The notes under the pieces were generated by a model. The model worked only from the letters and a program-made list of their open reading frames with translations. It was not told the origin of the DNA and did not search any database. Positions 13,591 through 30,650 of a stretch of DNA of 64,000 nt are shown piece by piece. Origin of the DNA: the human T2T-CHM13v2.0 reference genome, Homo sapiens. Where the stretch lies: the NCBI RefSeq assembly GCF_009914755.1, contig NC_060932.1; one strand, written 5' to 3'. The translations under genes were made by a program, and so were the position numbers. Numbering within the stretch: position 1 is the first letter of the stretch; the number at the start of each line of letters is the position of its first letter.

Positions 13591-15995
13591 AGGACAGCTG
13601 ATCTTTGTTAACCAAGTTAGAATCTTCCAGTAAATATATTTATCACTGCAGGCTACTAGCCATCTAAGATGCAATCCAAAAGTGTCACTCAGCCCTCCAA
13701 GGACCAATCATTCATCTGAGCACTGTAGGGTAAGAGTTGTCAGAAACTGAGAGATATCTATACAGACAATCTTCTTAAACATTTCAGTGCTAAAATTTAT
13801 TTCAAGGAATTTATGATGAACAGGGAGAAGGAGGAGGTTATGAACAGGATAAAATGACATATATGTGAATAAAACAAAATAATGCATGATACATAAAATA
13901 TAGCTGTGGAGAACTGAAATAAATGAGCTTTAATAAACTGACTGGTTTGGGTTGTATTTTATATTTTATTCCAAGAGAGTTAGATTAAAACTTTAACCTA
14001 GCAATGAATACAAATTACTTTATTTAAATAAAGACAATTTCAAGGGTTAGGTAAAAAAAGAAATCTGAGCTTAGAGACTTAGACTACCATAAGCAAGTGT
14101 CTTATAAATAGCGATGGTGGTAAGATGATACAGATAATAGTAATAATTAGCCTGCCCAAGGCCAAAGAAAATAGCAGAATTGGTTCTAGAATCTAAGTTT
14201 TGTATTCTACGTCTGCTGTTATTTCCACCATCGACAATTGTTTCTTTTCCATCAAATGACACTTCCTGACCCACCGACCTCAAAGGATTTGTGAGAAGAA
14301 ATAAGATAAGTTGTCAAACAAGAGAGGAAAAAGTAAACGTTTTCTCAGCCATGGGGTCAAAAGCAAAAGGAATGGATTTGGATATCTCTCTCTCCATGGA
14401 TTATTAGTCAAAAATTTTCTGAAATAAGACAACTTGTGTTCTCTTGCTAAGTTAGTGACAAATCAGGATACATCATCTTCCTCCCATTTCGGTGATATTT
14501 GCAAAATCAGAAAATCCCCTAGGTTTTTACCTTTTCTGCTTCAAAACAGTTTGTTCCTTGTTAGTTTTGTTTTGCTGTTAGTTTTGTTTTGCTGTGTGTT
14601 GCTTCTGAAAAGAAATGCTGAGTAACTCATGTTTTGCAGGCTGTGCAACGTAGGACTTAAGTGACTATATATGAGTCATGTTTATGCGCTAATTCTAGAA
14701 GGAAATCTCATCAAAAACAGAAGAACCTGTATTTCCAAGGAGACGTTATTCCACAAGATGTGGTTCAGTCTCATTTTCTTCCTTGCCCAAGGATGTGTCA
14801 TATTAACAAAAAGAGTATCCAATTTTCTTTACTAAACTTGGATTTTCCTTTCTTTCAAGGCTAAAAATTCACTGCAAAAGTTAGCTTTAGTATGAGAACA
14901 AATTAGTCTGATTACATGAGTCAGATACTTTATAATAATTAACTTTATGGTTGTTAAATTTAAGTGTAATTAAGAGGAAGATTCAGTGTCATGGAAGTGT
15001 CCATTCTAGCCCAAATAATCCATAAATTCAAGATATCCTGATGAATTATGTCAAAGAACTGACTTTTAAGTATCAAGATTATAAAGCCATAATAATCATA
15101 ACTGGTAAAAATATAATTGTGGGATTTATACAGCGTCAAATTGGGACAAAGTTTAGCAAACAGACCAGGATTAAAAAATTAAAAAAAAAAACAGTATGCT
15201 AAAAGACAAAACATGGTAAGAAAGATTGACAACTCAAAACTTCTGAAGAAACTTGGAACAGTGTATCAGAATCTCCTGAGACAAGATATCTGCAAGAGCT
15301 ATAAATTATAACAAATTATTGGCTACATTATATAAAGAACTACAACAAGAAAACAACAAATAATCTTATAGAAAAAAGAGCAAAAATGTGAGTAGATAAT
15401 TCACAGAAGAGTCAACATGAACAGCCAAGAAACACAAGCTTAACCTCACTAGTCAATCAGGTCAATGCAAAAACCACATCGAGATCCAATTCATACCAAT
15501 CAGTTTGGCTCAAAGTTAAGACCAGTTAATAAATCCACATGGTTATATAAATGAAACAATACCAAAAGGTGCATAAAATGCTACAAATAAAAGCAAAGGA
15601 ACAACAATGCTAAACTGCATCCAGTGGTGCTGGAGCAGGAGAAGAAATCCCACTTTCATCCTTGTGTCCTATCCACCCCATTACCAACATCACTCTAGGT
15701 TATCACTTTTGGGCAAACGTGTTATTATTCTCCCTCCTTTGTTAAGCCAAAAGGTATTATACTATATTCACCATATTGTGTCTTGCTTTTTCTAACCTAA
15801 CAATATATTTTAGCAATTTTTATCAGTACATAGGAACCTTCCACATTTCCTTTAATGGTTACAAACTAACTTAATCATACGGATAGAGCAAAAATTATTT
15901 AGCTGGCCCCCATTCCAAGAATTAGGTTCTTGGAAAGTCACAGTTTCCAAGAAACTAATTAAAGATATTTGGGTTTCTTCTAATATTTACTATTA

Positions 15996-16352
<357 letters not shown>

Positions 16353-16789
16353 TCAGTGTGTGTGTATGCTATTAAATCCACAGAATAAATTCTCAGAAGT
16401 GGCACTGTGGGATCAACAAAGAAGAATACCAGCGAATATCACATCAATACCAACCGTCGGGGAGTCTGTGCCGTAATGAGAACTCATATCTTGCAAGCAG
16501 GCCAATATGTCCACGCAAACACTTTAGAAAAGAATTTTCCAGAATTTAGTAAAGCTCAAATCTATATACTCTCTAGCTCATAAACTCTACTCCTAAGTAG
16601 AAACACAATATACTACAAGACATATACAGCCCACTTAACAGCTTTATTCATGACAACAAAACACAACCAACAAAAGAAAAAAAGAAAGAAAGAGGGAAGG
16701 ATGAGTAATTTTTAAAACTATGTTATATTTGTGAAATGGAATACAACACAGTAGTGAAAAATGAAGGAATCAGAGCTATCAGTATCAAC

Positions 16790-16960
16790 AGTTACTAATC
16801 TCTCTATGCCTTAGACAATTACTTAATCTCTCTGTCATACTTTCTCCATTTGTAAAGTAGAAATAATAATACTACTATACACAGAACTAATATTTGCTAA
16901 CATTTATCAAGTTTTTAGAACAGTACCTGGCATGTAGTAACTATATACATGTTTCTTAAA
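16790..16960 (+). mobile_element. MIR
   Basis: ttacttaatctctctgtc...tttgtaaagtagaaataataat...agaacagtacctggcatgtagtaa. Confidence 0.7.
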
Positions 16961-17088
16961 CGAAATGGATGACAAATACAAATGTTACCATGTTGAGTGA
17001 AAAGTCAAACTTCAGAAAACTATATACAGCATATGCAGACCAAGTACAGACAGTATAAAAACATGCAAAACAATACCACATACTACTA

Positions 17089-17289
17089 CAGTAAGTCCTT
17101 GCTCAACAATGCCCTCAGGTTGTAGGCAATTGCAACTTTAAGCAAAAGAACATAAAACACCTTTTTTTCCCTCATAGCTATCACAAAATGATGTCGAGCA
17201 AAATGATGTTATTTGAGAATATCCTGTACATCGTTTCACTCAAAGTCGCAGTTTCCAAGAACCTACTGACATTAAGTGAGGCCTTCCTA
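17089..17289. mobile_element. MER6B-like TcMar-Tigger MITE (palindromic)
   Basis: About 200 bp; begins TA|CAGTAAGTCCT; right arm aaagtcgcagtttccaagaacctactgacattaagtgagg. Confidence 0.8.
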
Positions 17290-17699
17290 TATTTAGAAAT
17301 GTAGACATGCTATAATAAAGGCAAAGGAATAGCAATGCCAAACTGCAGACATTGATGCTGGAGCAAGAGACAATTTGGAAGGAACATCTGGGAAATTAAC
17401 TAGCACTGGTGATGTTCATTCTTATACAGCACATGGATCCCTGGCATTCATTCCGTTATTCTTCAAAGTCCTGTGTATGCCATAAGTGTGCCATAAGAAA
17501 TAAATAACTTTTTTTCTTTTTTTCCTTCTCTACTTTGTAGGATGATTTAAGTAACTTTTATTCTAAATGAAAGATACTCAGTGGAGGAAAAGCAATAGGG
17601 TATATACTTCTGAAATAATTACAAGCAAATACAGGGAAAAACCATCCAGTCATAGACATGAAAAAGGAAAAAGCATAATTGACAAAACATACAATACAA

Positions 17700-18480
17700 G
17701 ATATCTAGAACAATATCACAGATAGTATTTTACCGCAAAAAAGATTTTCAGATTGAGTAAAAAAATCTAACCAAACTCAGCTTAAAAAGACAAAACATTT
17801 ACATAAGAAGGTTAAAAAGAAGGGGTTAAACAGAGCTCCACCAAGCAAACTCTGACAAAGAGAAAGAAACAGTGGAAATATAATCATATAAAATAGAATT
17901 CAAAGTTTAAATAATTCACAGGAAAAGGGATATGTGAAACTGACAAAAAGAATACACCAAGCAGATGTCCTTAATCATTACGTGCTAAGCAGAGTAACTT
18001 TAAAATATATAATGCAAACATGTTAGGACTTAAGGAGAAAATGTCCAATCACAATCATAACAGGAATATTTTCACATACCTCTGTCAGAATCAATTGAGC
18101 AAAGAGACCAAAATAATAAGAAATTCAATTTAGATAAATGCGAAATTTCACACCTAAATAATAGAGAATACACATTTTTCCAGACTCAAAATACTTATTA
18201 AAAATAGAATACTGTGTTTTATGATGACATACGTCTTCAAAACATTCCCCAAATATGAATTCTATAGGCCATGTGCACTGAATGCAATATAAGGGACTAG
18301 AAACTAACAAATACTGATCAAAAACAAAAACATCAGTATCCTACCTGTCTGTAATTTTTAAAACAATTAGGCCCTTTATGCCTTTTGGTAGATTCAGGAA
18401 AGATTTTTCTTATAAAATAATTTTAAGTTGGGGGAAATTATACACATAAGGATACTATATCAAGAATTATTCATATGGCA
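17700..18480 (+). mobile_element. Ancient L1 ORF2 (endonuclease-region) remnant
   Basis: A-rich, highly decayed similarity to the 5' part of L1 ORF2. Confidence 0.55.
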
Positions 18481-18519
18481 AAAAAAAGTCTAAATAATCT
18501 AAAAGCCCTTTTTAAAAAA

Positions 18520-18806
<287 letters not shown>

Positions 18807-18929
18807 TTAAATGCGTATTAATAAAGAAATACTTTAGTACTTTACAGTACATTCATTTGACGGACTACTGTACAATCATTTCATTGATTGTTTAAGTACC
18901 ATATAGCAATGTAGCAAATCCTCGTGAAA

Positions 18930-19210
18930 CTGGGCGAGATGACTCACACATAATTATAGCAATTTGGGAGGCCAAGGGAGGAGGACTGCTTGAGCCCAGG
19001 AATTCGAGACCAGCCTGAGCAACATGGGGAGAACTTATTCCTACAAAAACTTTGAAAAATTAAGCAATTATGGTAGCATGTGCCTGTAATCTTAGCTACT
19101 CAGGTGGATTGCTTTGGATCTGGAGTTTGAGACTGCAGTGAGCTATACTGCACTGTACTCTAGCCTGGGTAACAGAGTGAAACCCTGTTTCCTTAAAAAA
19201 AAAAAAAAAA
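18930..19210 (+). mobile_element. AluJ-like
   Basis: gaggactgcttgagcccagg; A tail; TSD aaatcctcgtga / aaatccctgtga. Confidence 0.88.
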
Positions 19211-19259
19211 CCTGAAAGAAAATCCCTGTGACAAGGTCAAGAAAATACCCAGAATTCAA

Positions 19260-20005
19260 AATATGCAACTGGAAATGGTCATTTATCAGGAGATAAAATA
19301 CAAATGGTCAATCAATATAGAAAAAGCTACAACTCAAGAAATCAAGATATGAAGATTAAATTAAAATAAGAAATCACTCATTATACCATCAAGGTATCAA
19401 AAGATTTTTAAAAACTAACTCTTTACTGGTGAGGGTATAAGGAATCAAGCATTCACAATTGAGAATTCATAGACATTGGTACAACCTTTCCACAATTATT
19501 TTTGACAACATGTACAAAACTTTGTGTAGGTGTTTTGACATAAAAATTATATTAAAATGCTATCTTTTAAAAAAATTAAAATATGGGCAAAGGTATAGTT
19601 ACCAGGATGTTCTCCATTATTTAAAATAGTGATGAGTAATGACGATCTAAATGTCTAAAAATTAGAGAGCAGGTAGATATTATTTGATACAGCCATACTT
19701 AGGTAATACTATGCAGTGTTTTACAAATATAATTATTGACAGAAAAATGTCACAATATGTATGTGAAGAAAAGCAGAATATAAGGCACATGTAATGATTC
19801 CATTTTTGTTATATATGTTTAAATAGGTTTGTGTGTGCAAACATAAAAAATTAATATACACATTAAAATCCCAGAAGACTATTGGCCAGATATAATAACA
19901 GTGGCTATCTCTGAATGATGGCAGTTTTAGGTGATTTAATACCCTTTTGCTCTATGTTTTCCAATTTTCAATAATGAATATGCATTACTTACATATGAAA
20001 AAAGT
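19260..20005 (+). mobile_element. L1ME-like 3' remnant
   Basis: Decayed L1ME 3' end (taacagtggctatctctgaatgatggcag...atgcattactt). Confidence 0.6.
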
Positions 20006-20727
20006 TATCAAACTATACAGATGAGAAAACAACTGAAGGAAAATTTTAAAACAGAAGAATGTTTTAAAAATGGGATGGTGGGTTTGGGGTTTTTTTTTTT
20101 CCTTTTGTAAACTATCTAGGATGTTCTCACATTACTTTTGTTACTCAAATATTTTTAAAATTATAGTGAAACCACCCCTGATCTGTAAGCCTGTCATTAA
20201 GGAGAAGATGGGATTAATTCTGCCACTCTAGCTTCCCTGCCTCTCCATATTCCTTCCTGTGAGTGTAGACATGTTTCTCTAGGGAAGCCTCTTGGTGACC
20301 TTGTGTACCAAGCAAGGACTCAGTGAGTACATAGAGGAGCCGGTGCCAAACTGCCTTCAGAGTCTCCCTGACTTGCCCACTAATCACTCACTACACTATA
20401 AAAAGACCTGATGGGAGAATGAGATCCAGGCCAGCTCTCCCACCAACTGCCTGTCCACAAGGCCTGCCACCCGGCCTCTCTGGGTTTCAAGTTCTGCAAC
20501 CGTGAGATGAAGGGTCTGGAAGGGGTGATCTGTATAGCAGGTTCAAACGTTTTGATTCTAGGTCCAGGTTGTAAATACAGCTGGCACTAACCAAGAGAGA
20601 CCTGGAAATCCACATATGGATATCTACAAAGAGCTATAAAACCTGAAGGAGATAAAAATAAAGGGATGCTAAGCTGGCTGAAACCCTAATTTCATGCGGC
20701 TTCAGTGTTTGGGTTTCACGCACTCAC

Positions 20728-20885
20728 TCTGTAGTCTCTATTCACATCGCTGAGCTGCCAGTAATGATTAGGGAGGCCCATCCGCGTGTATTCTTCACTA
20801 AGATCGATCAGCACCCAGCCTTGCTCTCTTTCTTCTTTATCCAGCATGGGGTTGAATGAAAAGCAGTATAACTCCTCATATTTCA
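20728..20885 (-). CDS. MTMR7: MTMR7 coding exon 4 ((V)KYEELYCFSFNPMLDKEEREQGWVLIDLSEEYTRMGLPNHYWQLSDVNRDYR)
   Basis: 158 nt. Acceptor ttttcttgcag|TG, donor AGA|gtgagt. Phase 1 matches the end of exon 3; myotubularin GW..D...EY.RMG motif. Confidence 0.97.
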
Positions 20886-21690
20886 CTGCAAGAAAAGGTA
20901 GGATAAAGTTAAATCAAGCTTAGTCAAAACCAGAGCCAAATCTCCCCGAAAACATTCTGTCCCACCTGGAGTGCCCAGAGAGGCCATCCCAACCCCCACC
21001 CCCAGCACACTCTTGGGAGTAACCTGTGTGCAGTGGATAGGGTCCCCCACTTCCTCCCACCAATGACAAGATGACCTTGGGGTACCTGAACTCAACTTGG
21101 CAGTACCTTCTTTCCTTTTAGAACACAGGGACATCTCCATTTTGTGCTTTTTTTGTTGTTGCTTTAAAAGCAAATATATTTTCCAGACCACATCAAATAT
21201 GGAACATAAAAATTAAGAACATATGCATTCATTAGGCATGAAGATTCCATTTTTTTAATGCCTATCAAGCTTGGATTTGGGATGGCCTCTCAGAGGCAGA
21301 CACAAGGCCCAGGCCAATTGCACATTTTGATGCTCACAGGGTTAAAAAAGAAAAAAATAATAAAGTTGAAAAAACTCTGGAATATACTAAACGTTTGCAT
21401 TGGAAACATCTGAACTTTAAACAACTACATAAATATCGTAATTGTGCTGCTCATTTGCATAAGATTCATAAAAAAAATCAATTCATACTGCACAGCGCTG
21501 TGCTCGTGGGATGCGAATTGAAGGCTGCATCATGATGTGGTTTCTTTCAATCCTGTCGTGTTATCTCTGTCTTTATATACTGCCTTTGATGCTTGTGAAG
21601 CCCAATAGCCCCACTGTTTCCCTCTCTCCACTAAAATCTAGGATTTGATTTTCTTGCTCTGCTCTTGCCATTTAAGGGAAGTGTAGAGAC

Positions 21691-21983
21691 CAGCGCTATC
21701 CAACAGAAATATAATGTGAGCTATGTATGTCATTTTAAATGTCCTTGTAGCCACATTAAAAAAAAGTTAAATTAATTTAACAATCTATTTTATTTAGCCC
21801 AATATATCCAAAATCATTATCACTTCAACATGTGCATGATATAAAACTTACTAATATTTGATACATTTTGTTTTGTGCTGTCTTTGAAATTTCACATGTA
21901 TTTGGCACTTAACCGCATACCTCAGTTTGCAGTAGCGCTGAACAGCTATCTGTGGCCAGTGGCTACCACCTTGGACAGTGCAG
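21691..21983 (-). mobile_element. MER33 (hAT-Charlie)
   Basis: TIRs CAGCGCTATCCAA...TTGGACAGTGCAG; internal gtggccagtggctacc. Confidence 0.88.
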
Positions 21984-22049
21984 ATCTAAGCATTTCTGAT
22001 GATAATAAAGGATAACTGATACTCAGACCTTGTTTTGTTCCAGATTCTG

Positions 22050-22230
22050 TCGCAATTAAGTGCATTAATCCAGTTAGTAGGCAACATTGATGGTCCTCAT
22101 TTTACCGACGAGAAATCTGACGCAAACGGGAGGCACACTCCCTCCCTCAGAGTCACACAGCCAGTTACCGGAGAGTCCAGGTTTAAATGAGACATCTGGC
22201 TGCAGAAGGCCTGCTCCTAATTGTAACACA
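22050..22230 (-). mobile_element. MIR
   Basis: cattttaccgacgagaaatctga...gtcacacagccagtt. Confidence 0.6.
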
Positions 22231-23259
22231 CCCTCCCCAAACGCAGATCCTTCTCTCTTCTTCTTCCTTCCTCGTTCCAGGCCCCTAATCTTCCTGTTTT
22301 TCTCCAATATACTTCTTTCTCATAGCTTTCCTAGGTCCTCCTATGTCCTTAGCATAGTGATAGTATTCAGTGTGAACAATTTAAGTTTCCTAAATACATG
22401 TATGTGTAGCCCTTTATAGAATCTTGCCACCAGCAAGAGGCTGCAGCAACACACAGGCAGCCTGACATGAAAACTCAGGTTTCAAACTTGAGATGACTCA
22501 TCTGCATGGAAGAGGAAAGATAAGGGTCATATTTTAAGCACCAGATTTCTTCATTTTTCTTGAGAGTAAGAAGCAACTGCTGTATGTCAGTGAGATAAAT
22601 TATATTCTATTTCAGTCTTTCTCCATGTCATGTTTCTAAACTTCAAAACTTAGAGTACGGACTATTTGGACAAATAACAAAATACGCACATCCAGGCGTG
22701 CTCACACACAAACCAGAGCAGACGCGTTCCGTAAAATCAATTTCTTATCATCTTAGCTAATGTTGCTGACAGCATGTGAAACCTCAGATCCTGTTCTGGG
22801 AACAGTTGGCTCAACATTGACACATCTTTTCCATCTCTAAGTACCATTTTCATGACTCAGGCTTCTGCTACCATAATGTTAACCACAAATGCAAGTTGTT
22901 TAGGATGCCAAAGGAATCTCTTGAGAAAGCCTCAGTTCCCTGAGTGAAAGAAGAGCTACTGAATATGGGGTAATAATGGCAGTTAAGTTCTCTTTGTTAA
23001 ATATTTACAAATAGCTTTAAAGGTAGAAGAAGAAAAACATCCTATGACTACTGACAGTTTTCTGCGTGTGGGCTGATACCTGTTTCCACTGGGAAGAGGC
23101 AACGAAATTATCCATAAATTACAGCAAGAATAATTTATAACAGACATTAAGCAGATCACTGTTGAACTAGGAGACCTTAGGATGGGTTGACACTGAAATT
23201 ATGAAATTTTCCCTTTTTTAAGGAAAAGGGTGATCAACCAATCCTTATGCCCAATTTAA

Positions 23260-25000
<1,741 letters not shown>

Positions 25001-26217
25001 TAGACAAATCTTTAATATTTACAGAATCTGAACAGAGAGAAAATATTTGCCCACTCTAGGAAGGTCATATCCCTCACCTGATTTTCTACCCACTCTTAAA
25101 ACAGGCATGTTAAAAGCTCCTCTGGCTTTTCCCATCACAGTCTAAGCCAGCATATCCAACTAAAACATCTTTTGCTGTTAGTGACCAGCAGCTTTCAGCA
25201 GGAAGTGCAACGAAGGCCTCACCCTAAGGGGCCCCATTACACAAGAGCTCCTCCAATAAGAAGCAAATACTCAAAATGCCTTTGGACTGTGGGAGTAAAC
25301 TGAATGTGCACCTTTAATTTTTAAAAAACATTCAGAAAAAGTTAAGTGGAAATCTTGGTATTTACAGTATCATATATTATCTAATTAAATCATATAACTA
25401 ATGAAACAGGAGTCCAGCTTTAATGTTTTTCTACCCAGAAAGCAAAATGATAATTTCTAAAATACTACACGAAATTAAGGATGAGTAACAGTTTGGCTGT
25501 TTCTAGGAAGACCAAATCAGTGTTTCAGTTGAAAGCATGAGCTCAACCCAAACACAGAGATCCATGTTTTGGCTGATCTTATTCTAGCACCGGTGTTCAT
25601 TGTGCTCCCCTTAACCTAGGGAAGCCTAGGGCACTACAGTGCAGCTCAGTCTCTATTGCTCTCCTCGGCTCCTTCACTCTCAGATAACCCCACTTCCTAC
25701 TTCCCATAGAAAATGCAAGACATCAGGTACAAACTCTCAACTTGGAACCACCAGGTGAATAAATGGGGCTGCATCCGTATACAACCTTTGCTCCTTCTCT
25801 CCCATATAAAGGAAAGGGTGCTCCTTCTGCCAAATAAGGGAGAGATGAGGGTACAACAAAACATTAGGGAAGGAAGGAAAATAACCTAGCTTGTTCCCTA
25901 GGTATCAAGTTAAAGGTTATAAAAACAGAATATTTAGGATAAATATATGGAGTAATTGCCTCTCATTACAGACTAACTGGGAGAAGCAATAAATAATGTA
26001 ATATTAAAATCAAAAGTATTTTAAAAATGAAAAGAAAAAACAAACATGAATCAGCATCAGCAGAATGGGAAGGGTGGGAAAGGGAAGGGAAAACTTACCA
26101 ACAGTCATCAGGACACAGAGATGTGAGCATTTTTTTTAATAACCAAAGTAACTACTGAAAGCTAAATTGCATCAAACATTATGCTGAATTCAGGCAACTT
26201 AAAATAACTGTAGTTGA

Positions 26218-26618
<401 letters not shown>

Positions 26619-27630
26619 TTAAGCAAACAAGTGTTGAAATTAAATATTAGGACTGTTAAAGCTAACACAGTGGAAAAGGGCTGCTACGCTCTGATAAAAA
26701 AGAAATTACCACTGCAAAGATTGCTTAAACATCAATGACTTATATAAGGAATATAAAAAGTTACCAATAAAGCAAATGAGACTACTTCAATCATGAGATT
26801 TTTTCTAAAATAAAAAATATCCAAAAGAACTGGGGACTAAAATACTAAAAAGAAACTAGTTTAGGAAAAGGGGGAAAACAAACAAAAGAAATTATTTAAG
26901 TGTTGAAGTACCCACAAACACTAAGGAGGGGAAGATAATTGATACAAAAATAAACAGCAGGAGGCAAATTGGAGGGAAGAGAGGAGAGAGGACATGGGAA
27001 AAGCTGAAGGCCTCTGAGAAACGGGTCTTTTCATCAGAAAAGTTCAATCCTTATTAATACATTAGATCTACAAGGTTAACTGATCTCATTTGACCCACAA
27101 CCCTTATTTTAACCTAACTTAGTTCTTTACCAAGAATGAAACAGCTTCCTGCATTTGGGCATGTTATGTTTTGCCTGAGATCTTCTACAGTCTGTGACCA
27201 AATTGTTATCAATCTTTATTCACACAAAAAGCAAACCAATAAAGTCTCTAATTTTTTAATAATTTGATTTACCTTATACCAGAAATCCTAACTCAGTAAA
27301 GAGATAATCTCGACATTTATTTTAAGTTGCCTGAATTCAGCAGAATGTCTGAAGCAATTTCCCTTTCAATAGTTACACCGGTTCTAAAACACCTCACACC
27401 TCTGTGTCCCTCTGCTAACAGCTGGAAACTTTTCTCTTCCCTTCCCCACCCTTCGCATTCTGCTGATGCTAAGGTTTGGGGTTTTTTTTTTTTTTTTCTA
27501 TTTTTAAAGTACTTTTGATTTTAATATTAAATTACGACAGCTTTGAAAATATCTCCTTCAGAGACCTTGACTTAAATGAATTCCCAAACATTTCTTCTTA
27601 TGTAAAAAACAACTGTTTTGTCCTCTGTAG

Positions 27631-27952
27631 CAGCGGTCCACAACCTTTTCGGTACCAGGGACCAGCTTTGTGGAAGACAATTTTTCTGTGGATGGGGGTG
27701 TGGGGTTGGGGGATAGTTTCAGGATGAAACTCTTCCACCTCAGATCATCAGGAGCACACAACCTAGATCCCTCGCATGTACGGTTCACAATAGAGTTCAT
27801 GCTCCTAAGAGAATTAATGCCACGAGTGATCTCACAGGAGGTAGAGCTCACGCTTGCACGCCCGCCACTCACCTCCTGCTGTGCTGTGCCGCCCGCTTCC
27901 TAACCCGCCATAGACTGGTACCTGTCTGCGGCCCAGGGGTTGGGGACCCCTG
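27631..27952 (+). mobile_element. MER1B (hAT-Charlie)
   Basis: TIRs CAGCGGTCCACAACC...GGTTGGGGACCCCTG; 8-bp TSD CTCTGTAG / CTCTACAG. Confidence 0.92.
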
Positions 27953-29226
27953 CTCTACAGAACCTTACAGTTAGCTGGGTGTCCATAAATAAACTGAAAA
28001 TATGTGAACTTTGTTGGTGACTAACCAGAATATCGAGAGAGCTACATTTTACTACTAGAATTCAAAGTACACCTCCCTCACCAACTACACACACACCCTT
28101 ATTCTCATGCCCTTAAAGGCAGTGGACGGTGTCTTTTATAAAATATCTTCAGATGGTTCTGAAAGACCACCCCATCCCCCAGTTGAAGGCAACTGTTTCA
28201 TGTCTAACCCCTTCCACATTTCCCCATCTCCCTCCAGAGTCAAAGTCCTGCTTCCAAAGTTACAGCCTATAATATGCCCTAATGTTAGCAATGCCTTTAA
28301 CATTACACTGTGAACTGCTTGTGATCTGTTTCACCTTCCACACTTATTAAAGCACTACATTTTAGGCAAACTGGCATTTCTAATGCCCATGTTTCAAAAT
28401 GCTGGTGATTCTTTTTAACTCCTCTTAGGTGATGGCTTTGATTCAGTGAATGACTATGATTTCTTTTAGAAAAGGTAGCCAGTCAGATCTCTGTCTACAT
28501 CTAATACCTAACTCCCTTCATCTTTTAAGGAAAAAGTATCTCTTTTCGAAAATGAGGGAACACAGTAATTTCCCCCTCAGGGATCCTCACGGCGAGAGTC
28601 CTGGCACTCGCTATCTCTGGGCCATGACCCTCCTGGTCCCTGTGATTCACTCATCACCAGCTGCTCAGCCCTTTCCCAGTTCGCTGGGCTATTCCTAAAT
28701 CCCATTAATCCGCTCAGAGCACATTTATCGCCTAGTACTTCCATTAATCAGTGACACAGAAACTGTTAGCACAGAATTCTCCTCACATTATCTGCTGCGT
28801 GCAACCTAATGTACATCTTCCCAGAACTTCTGTTCCAATTTTAGTGCACCCTCCAAAAAGTTCAACTGCTTTTCTGCCTTACTCTGCCTTTCTTTTAACA
28901 CACTTGGATGAAAAAGCCTCAACCAACTGCCTTTAAAGAGTAACAGTGCAAAGTAAAAACTACCAGATTTTGACAGCTCCCTGGCGTCATTTCCATTTAG
29001 TAACTTTAGCTCTTAGCTACCTACAAAGAATATGGACAAATCATAAGAAACTTAGGATCCAACCAAATGCCTTGAAAAGTTCATAATTGAACTTCTTGTC
29101 CTGAATCAAAAAGCATTTGGCAAAGTAATTATCAGCACATATCTTATTTCCTTTATTAACTACTTCTGTGTAGCACAACTTCTATATAAATGATCTCTTT
29201 TCACTGTATTCTTCCAAGAAACTTAG

Positions 29227-29558
<332 letters not shown>

Positions 29559-29855
29559 GAGTATATTTCTTTTAAGGAAAACAACACCACAACTCACACA
29601 AGCCACACAGAGAGGCAAGAAACACTTCTGTAGAAGCGAACAGTAAGCTATAAATCCGAAGAGCCCAAGATGACGGCTGGAACAAGATAGCAATGGCAAG
29701 AACATATTTTTCAAATCCAAATGTTCTTCCTACCACATTAAGTTTTTTTTTTTTTTTCCAGGAGAATCAGCAGATCCATACCCTGAATAGTCACTGATGC
29801 TAGTCTAGTTGTATCAACCTTGGAAAAAATAAATTATTATCAAAAAGCAATGGAG

Positions 29856-30211
29856 GTGCAGGCATGGTAGTTCACTCCTGTAATCCGAGCACTTGAGGCC
29901 GAGGCAGGTAGATTACTTGAGGCCACGAGTTCAAGACCAGCCTGGCCAACATGGCAAAACCCCACCTCTACTAAAAATACAAAAATTAGCAGGGTGTGGT
30001 GGTGGGCACCTGTAGTCCAGCTACTTGGGAGGCTAAGGCATGAGAATCGCTTGAACCCAGGAGGCAGAGGTTGCAGTGAGCTGAGATTGCACCAGGAGGC
30101 AGAGGTTGCAGTGAGCTGAGATTGCACCACTGCACTTCCAGCCTGGGCGACGGAGAAAAAGTGCCTCAAAAAAAAAAAAAAAAAAAAAAAAAACCAAAAC
30201 CCCAAGAAACA
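29856..30211 (+). mobile_element. AluS with internal 35-bp tandem duplication
   Basis: TSD AAAAAGCAATGGAG (29842-29855 and 30212-30225). Confidence 0.93.
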
Positions 30212-30650
30212 AAAAAGCAATGGAGACCAAACCTTAAAAGCATCAAGAGGGAGAAAACTGCGCTAGAACTGTCTGATAACATTTTCCACACAAAACAACT
30301 GATTAGTTCTGTCACTGGCCCCATTCAAGGTGGCTCGATTACCACAATATAAGAAGTGCATAACTTAAAGGCAATTTCACCCCAAAAGGAAAGCATCCTA
30401 TAACCCCACCAAGATTAAGTTAATACTAAGATTCATGAAAGAGACTCACATAATAAATAACTCGGGGGAGACTCTAAAAAAACAAGAAACTCTGTATCAG
30501 ATGATCATTCGGGCTTATCCTCTCCTGAGAACGAGACTGACACATAATCCCTGAACCCCTATCATTCCTAAGCACCATACAAATTCTTGAATCTGATTTG
30601 CAAATTTTTAAGAGAGGTTCCATATTAAATGCCGAGTTCCTCTGCCCTAC

